A DNA stretch of 37,315 nucleotides from IMG/VR virus record IMGVR_UViG_3300021082_000067, positions 1 to 37,315 of that record; one strand, 5' to 3'. This stretch comes from a virus. Taxonomy: Duplodnaviria > Caudoviricetes. The position numbers and the translations under genes were made by a program. Positions 1 through 6,705 of this stretch are shown here, one piece after another; the first letter of the stretch is position 1; every line of letters starts with the position of its first letter. The notes below the pieces were generated by a model. That model saw only the letters and a list, made by a program, of their open reading frames with translations. It was not told the DNA's origin and searched no databases.

Positions 1-797
1 GACAGCATGTGATACAGCCGACCGAACACACGCTTCGCCTCTGCCAGTGCTGCTGGCGACACTGCCAGTTCACCGCTAGGCTTGACGTATGCTGTCATCG
101 AAACATCAAGCGCCTTGAATGCAGCACCCATCTTGCTTTGATCAATGCGCTCAACTGCACCGCCCGGCTTTTGACCCGGCGCACCGCTCCGACCCGCATT
201 GCTGACAAGCGCAACAATGTCTTTCGTGCTGGTCTTAGCGGTGATGTGCTTCGCCTCTGCTGGCACACGCTGCAACATGCCAGTGTTAAAGGCGAAATTC
301 TGCATCTCTTTCAACAGCTTCTCGCTGCGAACGAAGCACGAATACACATCCTTTTCACAATGCACTGTGACCAAGCGCGTGGTGCGGAGAATAGCTAAGC
401 CGCTGTAAACATCGCAAGCACGTTCAAGCTGATTAGCTACTGCGGTTTCGATACCCTTGAGCGTGTTAACACGTTCCTTTTGCGTATCGGTACGCAGCTT
501 GGGTGCGGGCATAGCGTTCTTCTCGTTAACGTGTGCCTTACCCTCTGGCGTCTTGAACCATGCCTGAAGCATGGTATCGCGGACGCTATCATCGCTGTTG
601 GCACGGCGAGCGGTGTGCAACGCAACCACAAGCGCCTTGATGCTGGCGCTGTAGTTATGAGCAATGCCAAGTGCACCGCTCGACAGCTTCGACGGCATTG
701 ATGCAAGCTGCAACATCGCAGTGCCGAACGTAGGCTTAGCGATAGGAGCAACCACAGCAGTGCTAGAAACCAGTGCAACCTTTGAAGAAGCAACCAT
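1..797 (-). CDS. Hypothetical early protein, >=265 aa, truncated by window edge (not in ORF track)
   Basis: Manual translation from ATG at 797: MVASSKVALVSSTAVVAPIAKPTFG...AEAKRVFGRLYHML, no stop before base 1; GAAAGG RBS 8 nt upstream; promoter at 866-893. Confidence 0.88.
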   Translation of the reverse strand, partial: MVASSKVALVSSTAVVAPIAKPTFGTAMLQLASMPSKLSSGALGIAHNYSASIKALVVALHTARRANSDDSVRDTMLQAWFKTPEGKAHVNEKNAMPAPKLRTDTQKERVNTLKGIETAVANQLERACDVYSGLAILRTTRLVTVHCEKDVYSCFVRSEKLLKEMQNFAFNTGMLQRVPAEAKHITAKTSTKDIVALVSNAGRSGAPGQKPGGAVERIDQSKMGAAFKALDVSMTAYVKPSGELAVSPAALAEAKRVFGRLYHML

Positions 798-865
798 TGT
801 AGTAACCTTTCGTTTGGGAGGCGGAATGCCTCTAGGTCGTTAGTCGGTATCGACTAACTGCAAGC

Positions 866-893
866 ATTATAAACGAAGCAATATCAAATGCAA
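866..893 (-). promoter_or_regulatory. Sigma70-like leftward (early) promoter
   Basis: Minus strand TTGCAT (893-888), 16 nt, TATAAT (871-866), then GCTT; points at the 1-797 ORF. Confidence 0.7.
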
Positions 894-948
894 ACGTGCT
901 TTAGTATCAATGAGTTACAGCATGACAAACAGGCACAATCGAGCAAAT

Positions 949-963
949 GTATACTGAGTATAC
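949..963. repeat. 15-bp palindromic box, exact copy 1
   Basis: GTATACTGAGTATAC (extends to TGTATACTGAGTATACA). Confidence 0.95.
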
Positions 964-1065
964 AAACAGCCGACACACATGATGCAATCACACACACGCT
1001 TGAGTGCAGCACACGCTGCTAGGTAGTGGCATGGGAAGCGGAATGCGCCGCCAGCTTGGCAAGTT

Positions 1066-1080
1066 GTATACTGAGTAAAC
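1066..1080. repeat. 15-bp palindromic box, 1 mismatch
   Basis: GTATACTGAGTAAAC. Confidence 0.85.
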
Positions 1081-1660
1081 ACAACCACGCTGCTAGATAT
1101 TCCATAACATGCACACGTTATGTTCTAATTCGGTGTGCCCGCATTCTGCGTAGGATCGCCGCTGATAAGCGTAAATGTCCAAGCTACCTAGCATCATCTT
1201 GTTCATAGAAACGCATGGGTGCTCATATTCACTTTTCTTTATATGGCATATATTCCCAATCACGTTCACGCTTTGTTCGTGTGCTGCGGTGCTGCGTATC
1301 TGTGCATCGGCCGACCGCTTACGACATGATAACAATACACCGATTGCCCATTGTGTGCATGATGAGTATGTGTAGCAGGTTGCAACTAATGAGTAAGTGA
1401 CTAACTCGCAGCATCATGCTGATTATGTGCAGAGTGAGGGTGGTCAGTCCCCGGCCGAAACCCAAAGGCACTTACTTCCCTTGCTTACTGTCATGGATAA
1501 GAGCGCAGTGTCAAGCCCCTGCACGTGTGAAATAGATGCACACTACCCCACTCCCCCTCTTTGCCTGTATGTCAGCATGTGTAGTACTCGAGTGTGTATG
1601 TGTAACTTTGTGTATATGTGATATAGCTGCGGCAGTAGCTATAGAAGCGATGGCATCGAA

Positions 1661-1677
1661 CCGGCCCTTCGGGCCGG
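1661..1677. other. GC-rich hairpin, 7-bp stem, 3-nt loop
   Basis: CCGGCCC-TTC-GGGCCGG (loop GAA on minus strand). Confidence 0.7.
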
Positions 1678-1687
1678 ATATATGAAT

Positions 1688-1702
1688 GTATACTGAGTAT
1701 AC
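1688..1702. repeat. 15-bp palindromic box, exact copy 2
   Basis: GTATACTGAGTATAC, 11 bp upstream of TTGACA at 1714. Confidence 0.95.
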
Positions 1703-1713
1703 GATGTAAGTCA

Positions 1714-1742
1714 TTGACAACTAAGAAGAACTATGCTATGGC
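1714..1742 (+). promoter_or_regulatory. Rightward (late-arm) promoter, copy 1
   Basis: TTGACAAC-taa-GAAGAA-cta-TGCTATG; TTGACA, 17 nt, TATGGC; same motif at 15723. Confidence 0.7.
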
Positions 1743-1780
1743 CGATATACAGCAGTTAACACGTAGACAGGAGCAATATC

Positions 1781-2179
1781 ATGCCAGCATGGGCCGGTGG
1801 GTGGGATGGTTTAATCACAGGTACGAATGCTGCACCTTATGCACCTATGCAGCAAGCTACTGCAACGATGCGTAGCGTTGCTCGTCTTACTAATTCTGTA
1901 GGTGGTCAGTACTTCGGTGAGATAGGTCGCGCACTGGCTAACGGTGTCGGTGCTGGTACTGTGTTGACCATCAAACAGGTAGCAGCAGTACAAGCTGATG
2001 GCATGAACCAAGGTGGTCAACGACCTATTGCTGACTTCGTTGTTGTACCACAGCACAACACTACCATCAATGAGAAGGAAGCATTCCAATCACAGATGAC
2101 ACCAACGTGGGCACCGCTTGTATATCCAGTTGATAAGAGCGGCAACGGTGGTGGCAGCAAGGTAGGCACGATCAACTAA
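1781..2179 (+). CDS. Hypothetical protein (132 aa), first gene of late arm
   Basis: AGGAG RBS before ATG; stop overlaps next start (TAATG). Confidence 0.85.
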   Translation: MPAWAGGWDGLITGTNAAPYAPMQQATATMRSVARLTNSVGGQYFGEIGRALANGVGAGTVLTIKQVAAVQADGMNQGGQRPIADFVVVPQHNTTINEKEAFQSQMTPTWAPLVYPVDKSGNGGGSKVGTIN

Positions 2180-2592
2180 TGGCTATGCTCGTCCTTACTG
2201 GTCCTACTATCAGCAAGGGTAAGTCGTTGTCTAATATACTGAATGTAACAAGCGGTGGCATCTATCGTGTAGTAATGCCACCGCTTTGGACTAAGGCTGC
2301 TGTCATCACGTTTCAACTAAGCTACGATGGTGTTGACTTCTACAATGTATATGACCGCAGCGGTGAAGAGACAGCAATGCGGTGTATACAACAGTCAGTC
2401 GTACCTATTGGTGAGTATCTGTTCTACATCCACTCATTGAAGATACGCAGTGGTACGCATAGAGAGCCTGTAGTACAAGAAGAAGACCGCGTGTTCAAAG
2501 TAGTGTTAGAGACAAAGACACGATATGAAGTAGCACAGGAACATGCCGAGCCGCAACCGCAACACAGCACCCATACCACTGCCGCGTCCTAA
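2179..2592 (+). CDS. Hypothetical protein (137 aa), beta-rich
   Basis: Translationally coupled to previous gene; protein-like composition. Confidence 0.85.
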   Translation: MAMLVLTGPTISKGKSLSNILNVTSGGIYRVVMPPLWTKAAVITFQLSYDGVDFYNVYDRSGEETAMRCIQQSVVPIGEYLFYIHSLKIRSGTHREPVVQEEDRVFKVVLETKTRYEVAQEHAEPQPQHSTHTTAAS

Positions 2593-2923
2593 TCCCGAAC
2601 GACAGTTCGAGCGGGAATACATGGACAATGTGATAGGTGGTATGTTCGACATGGGCATGGGTAGTGCTGACTCTGAAGCTGGTGCATACACACCACGCGG
2701 TCCAGCACCACCACCTATCAACCCGCAAGAACTTGATGCACTCATTCAGCAGTTGCTAATGCCACCAACATACGATGAACGTGGCTTCGTACCGGGACGA
2801 ACACAGGCACAAGGTGGTATGCTTCCAGACCCCGGCTCAGTAGAGTTTAATGTTAAAGGTATGCCACCAGTGAATGACGAAGATGCGAGCTTTGAACAAT
2901 ACTATGGCGAGAAAGATACATAG
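2543..2923 (+). CDS. Hypothetical Pro-rich acidic protein (start 2543 or 2621)
   Basis: Fills gap, abuts next ATG; PIPLPRP motif; AGGA before 2543. Confidence 0.7.
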   Translation: MPSRNRNTAPIPLPRPNPERQFEREYMDNVIGGMFDMGMGSADSEAGAYTPRGPAPPPINPQELDALIQQLLMPPTYDERGFVPGRTQAQGGMLPDPGSVEFNVKGMPPVNDEDASFEQYYGEKDT

Positions 2924-3673
2924 ATGGACCCCTCACAGCTTCCCCCCGGTGCAGCACAAGCATTACAACAAAGCGGCTTAGGTGGTGATAATCTAACACA
3001 GATACTTGCACAGCTTGCAACCATGTCACCTGATGAAGTGAGTGCAGCACTCGCTCAGCTTGGTATCAATGTTGATCCTAACACGCTGCATGGTATGGCT
3101 GAGAAGTGGGTTGATGAGAGTGCTGACAAACTGAGTAGCGGTAGTGCTGATGGCGAGCAACAGCCTACTGCGGCGGCAGATGAGGGTGACGAAGAAAGCC
3201 CATCCCCGGCTGAGTCTGCATCTGCCGCTCCTACACGTGATGAAGAAGACCTAGAACCAGAACCAGACAATGAACAAGCTGAAGGTGAGAATGCAATGGC
3301 TGCTGCATCACCTGAAGATGTGGCATCAGCGCAACAGGCTCAGAGTGGAGGTATGGCTATGGCTAATCGCGGTAATGCTGGTGGTAATATGGATGCAGCA
3401 ATCAGCGCGATGATGGGCGCGAGTGGTGGTGCGCGTGGTGCGCCTACACGTTTAGGTGCGCCGCGTCCTAGTGCAATGCCTATGCCGGGTCCAGCACCCG
3501 GTGAAGACCCGCGTGCTAAGAGTATGATAGCTAACATCTACAGACAGCAAATGGGACCGGGTAGTGGCGCTGCTAGTTCACGTATAGGTATACCACTTGG
3601 CCCACGCACTGGTGGTGGTCCTAATGAAACATCATCGCCACTCACACGCATGAAGAAACCAAAGAAGCAGTAG
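2924..3673 (+). CDS. Hypothetical low-complexity protein (249 aa; acidic middle, basic C-terminus)
   Basis: Long ORF in operon; Ala/Gly/Pro/Glu-rich. Confidence 0.8.
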   Translation: MDPSQLPPGAAQALQQSGLGGDNLTQILAQLATMSPDEVSAALAQLGINVDPNTLHGMAEKWVDESADKLSSGSADGEQQPTAAADEGDEESPSPAESASAAPTRDEEDLEPEPDNEQAEGENAMAAASPEDVASAQQAQSGGMAMANRGNAGGNMDAAISAMMGASGGARGAPTRLGAPRPSAMPMPGPAPGEDPRAKSMIANIYRQQMGPGSGAASSRIGIPLGPRTGGGPNETSSPLTRMKKPKKQ

Positions 3674-3674
3674 T

Positions 3675-4331
3675 ATGCCCGATCTACCGTTAGCTAATGG
3701 TCTTGTCATTGATACCAGAACGGGTCAGGCAATACTGCCTAGCACGTCGCCTGAAAGCGTCATTCAACAGCAAACAACCAAGTACAAACAAACACAGACT
3801 GCTGCTACTGTTCGCGGTCGTGATCGCAGCAATCGCGTGGTGCGCCGTGGGCTTGTTGATCTCCCTGCTGACAGTAAAGCTGTTACTACTGCCGGGGTAG
3901 TGTGGCTATACTTCACACTAGGTATCAATGATGCAGAGATAGCAGAAGCCACAGGTCTAAAGCTATCTCAAGTTGATATGATCAAAGGCTTGCAGCTATT
4001 CACGCAGCTTGATCAGCTAGTCAAAGACAACATCGCAGCTATGACATCAGACAATGTGCAGAAACGCATTGACGCTCTTGCTGCTGGTGCATTGGACAAG
4101 CTAGAAGACTTAGTTGATGATGAAGATACAAGACCAGCAACTAAGTCACGCATACTCATGAACATGCTTGATCGTGGTGGCTTCTCACCTAAGCAGGTGC
4201 TTGAACACCGCCACTCACTAGAGGGTGGCCTAACGATCAGACACATTAGAGAAGTAGCACAACCAAAGACTATGCCTAGTATTGACGTTGATGCTAAAGA
4301 CATAACATCAGTTGTAGTCAAGGAGAAGTAG
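3675..4331 (+). CDS. Putative terminase small subunit / HTH protein
   Basis: HTH-like GINDAEIAEATGLKLSQVDMIK, helical middle, LDRGGF motif; upstream of terminase large subunit. Confidence 0.6.
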   Translation: MPDLPLANGLVIDTRTGQAILPSTSPESVIQQQTTKYKQTQTAATVRGRDRSNRVVRRGLVDLPADSKAVTTAGVVWLYFTLGINDAEIAEATGLKLSQVDMIKGLQLFTQLDQLVKDNIAAMTSDNVQKRIDALAAGALDKLEDLVDDEDTRPATKSRILMNMLDRGGFSPKQVLEHRHSLEGGLTIRHIREVAQPKTMPSIDVDAKDITSVVVKEK

Positions 4332-4332
4332 C

Positions 4333-4548
4333 ATGGCACGTGTTCCTAACAAAGACGGCCAAGGCATCATCGCCAACGGTGCATACGGTGTAGTTGATCC
4401 TAGCTACGACTACCCAACAGCATTCGCCAGTGGTGTACCTAGTACACTTGGCTATAGTGGTGAGATGCGCGTTGATACAGCTACAGGTTCTATCTATCGC
4501 TTCCTTGGCCCCGGTGCTACGAATTGGGCCGAAACAAACATACGCTAA
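4333..4548 (+). CDS. Hypothetical protein (71 aa)
   Basis: AGGAG RBS; stop overlaps next ATG. Confidence 0.8.
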   Translation: MARVPNKDGQGIIANGAYGVVDPSYDYPTAFASGVPSTLGYSGEMRVDTATGSIYRFLGPGATNWAETNIR

Positions 4549-4715
4549 TGCGTATACTCAGTATACTAGTACTAGTAGTAGTGTTGAGTGGTTGTCACCA
4601 CGTGCCTGAGCGTTTCTATACACGTGCTGACGTAGACGCTATCAACGCTGAGATAGCATGTCGTAACCTAGCTCGCAACTTGTTACAGATAGAGAAGTGC
4701 AGCATCAGGAGATAA
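4548..4715 (+). CDS. Small lipoprotein (55 aa), possible o-spanin or exclusion lipoprotein
   Basis: MRILSILVLVVVLSG-C lipobox; start coupled by TAATG; two further Cys. Confidence 0.7.
   Translation: MRILSILVLVVVLSGCHHVPERFYTRADVDAINAEIACRNLARNLLQIEKCSIRR
4552..4566. repeat. 15-bp palindromic box, exact copy 3
   Basis: GTATACTCAGTATAC at the start of the lipoprotein gene (R-ILSI-L). Confidence 0.95.
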
Positions 4716-4720
4716 CTACA

Positions 4721-4939
4721 ATGGCTTTAGGTGAAGATCGCGTGCGCGTGTCGTTCAATCCTAGCAGCAACAACTTGGTTGATCAGATCAAGGCTGCAAC
4801 TGCTGAGTTGATTAACACATGCAACGCGCAGAACGACACACACGATGACCCTGAAGAGGGCCGCTTGTGGTCACTCGCAATGACGCACTATGAGACTGCT
4901 GCAATGTGGGCAGTGAAGGCTGCTACTACGGAGAAGTGA
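4721..4939 (+). CDS. Acb2/Tad1-like helical hairpin protein (candidate cyclic-nucleotide sponge)
   Basis: 72 aa, AGGAGA RBS; FNPS...VDQIK..AELI and RLWSLAMTHYETAAMWAVKA resemble the Acb2/Tad1 hairpin C-terminal helix. Confidence 0.65.
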   Translation: MALGEDRVRVSFNPSSNNLVDQIKAATAELINTCNAQNDTHDDPEEGRLWSLAMTHYETAAMWAVKAATTEK

Positions 4940-4940
4940 T

Positions 4941-5114
4941 ATGTCCATAGGTCTGCTGTTCTGGGTACTCATGGTGCTGTGGTTCTTCTCATGGATCACT
5001 AACACCTACTCGCCGGGTCAATTCCCGTGGGCCATTCATGCAAGCAACCTGTTGTTCTTCGTGTTGCTGTTCTTGCTAGGCTGGCACGCATTCGGCTTCG
5101 TCATACATGCCTAG
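4941..5114 (+). CDS. Two-TM membrane protein (57 aa), holin candidate (not in ORF track)
   Basis: MSIGLLFWVLMVLWFFSWITNTYSPGQFPWAIHASNLLFFVLLFLLGWHAFGFVIHA; GGAG RBS; overlaps TerL start. Confidence 0.75.
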   Translation: MSIGLLFWVLMVLWFFSWITNTYSPGQFPWAIHASNLLFFVLLFLLGWHAFGFVIHA

Positions 5115-6705
5115 AGTACGTACAGTTAACGTAGCTGAACGACCTGAGTTGTTGCTAAAGGAAGGCAGCTTACAAGATCGCTTTCTACGTTCAACTGCTA
5201 AGGTGCAGATATACGGTGGGGGGTTCGGCAATGGAAAGACTACAGCAGCCGTCATTAAAGCCCTGCAACTTGCCGACCTCTACCCCAATTCAACTGGACT
5301 TATTTCACGCTCAACATATCCTAAACTCAATGACACCATCAGAAAGGAGTTCCTCAAGTGGTGTCCTCCTAAGTGGATCGTGTCCTTTTCTACAGGGCAA
5401 AACGGGGATAACATTTGTCACCTTAAGAACGGTACGACTGTTTACTTTAGATACATCGCACAACAGGGTACTAAAACAGAGAGCAGTAGTTCTAACCTTC
5501 TGTCTGCAACATTTGATTGGGTCATTGTTGACCAAGTGGAAGACCCTGAGATCACACACAAAGACTTCTTAGACTTGTTTGGTAGGTTGCGTGGTCGTGC
5601 TAGATATGTAGGTGAAGATGTTAAGATGCCTGTCACTGGTCCGCGGTGGATGATGCTCACATGCAACCCAACAGGTAATTGGGTATACACGAAGTTAGTA
5701 CGCCCACTGGTGCAGTACAAAGCATCAGGTTACATCACTGATGACTTAATCTGTATGCGTGATGTTGATCGCAACCCTGTGTTAGGTGAAGATGGCAAGC
5801 CGCAGTTGTTGATTGAAGTCATAGAAGGCAGCACCTATGAACTGCGCCACGTGCATGAGGCTGAAGGCGGCGACTTCATTCAAACACTCGAAACAATGTA
5901 TCAGGGTCAACAACGTGATCGCTTCCTATTGGGTAAGTGGGTTGCATACGAGGGTCTTGTCTATCCTCAATTTGACTCATCCGTGCACTTGCTTCACGAG
6001 GGAGACATACGCTGTGCGCTTGATGCGTACATCGAAACCCACTATCAACCTAATTGGATCGAAGCCTACGACTACGGCCAAGCGCAACCTAGTTGTTATA
6101 CGCTTGCGTTCGTCACGCCAGAGAAGCATGTCATCATCTGCGACGGCTTCTACCAGAAAGAGATGAGCTTAGATGAGCAGATAGCGCGTATACGCAGTAT
6201 ACGTAATCAGTGGGGCTTCTCACCTGATGAGATACACAAGATCACCGCTGATCCTAGCATCTTCGGTCGTCGCACTGTTAATAAGCGCACCGTTGGTAAA
6301 ACCATTGCGGATATGTTCAAAGAAGACAACATTGCAATGAAGCGTGGTAACAATGACATCAACAACGGGGTTGTTAAAGTTGGTAGCTATCTTAACATCA
6401 ATCGCACTCTGCTTCACCCCATCAAGCGTACTGCTGGATCACCTCGCCTATTTGTCAACGCCAAGCTGGATTGGTGGACAGATGAAATTGCTGGTTACTA
6501 CTGGCAACAATCAACGTCTGGTGAACGCATTGACAAGCCGATAGATCGCAACGATCACGCAATGGACAATGTGAAGTATCTGTTGGGTGAGATGCCTGAC
6601 ATTGGTAAGTACCAGATTGCAGCAGAACAGCGTGTGCCATCGTGGATGCTATGGCAAGAACGTGACAAGGGCATAGAGAACCCACGAGGACATAGATATG
6701 GCTGA
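5107..6705 (+). CDS. terL: Terminase large subunit
   Basis: Walker A GGFGNGKT, Walker B VIVDQ, LTCNP motif III, nuclease motifs AYDYG, ADPS, DHAMD. Confidence 0.96.
   Translation: MPRVRTVNVAERPELLLKEGSLQDRFLRSTAKVQIYGGGFGNGKTTAAVIKALQLADLYPNSTGLISRSTYPKLNDTIRKEFLKWCPPKWIVSFSTGQNGDNICHLKNGTTVYFRYIAQQGTKTESSSSNLLSATFDWVIVDQVEDPEITHKDFLDLFGRLRGRARYVGEDVKMPVTGPRWMMLTCNPTGNWVYTKLVRPLVQYKASGYITDDLICMRDVDRNPVLGEDGKPQLLIEVIEGSTYELRHVHEAEGGDFIQTLETMYQGQQRDRFLLGKWVAYEGLVYPQFDSSVHLLHEGDIRCALDAYIETHYQPNWIEAYDYGQAQPSCYTLAFVTPEKHVIICDGFYQKEMSLDEQIARIRSIRNQWGFSPDEIHKITADPSIFGRRTVNKRTVGKTIADMFKEDNIAMKRGNNDINNGVVKVGSYLNINRTLLHPIKRTAGSPRLFVNAKLDWWTDEIAGYYWQQSTSGERIDKPIDRNDHAMDNVKYLLGEMPDIGKYQIAAEQRVPSWMLWQERDKGIENPRGHRYG

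Noticed and set aside
9-793. ORF-track calls 9-398, 199-408, 437-793, 480-701
   Set aside because: Shadows of the longer minus-strand ORF 797 to edge, which has an RBS and promoter
1026-1720. Short ORFs in the control region
   Set aside because: Cys/His-rich translations of CA/TG tracts, mutually overlapping, no convincing RBS
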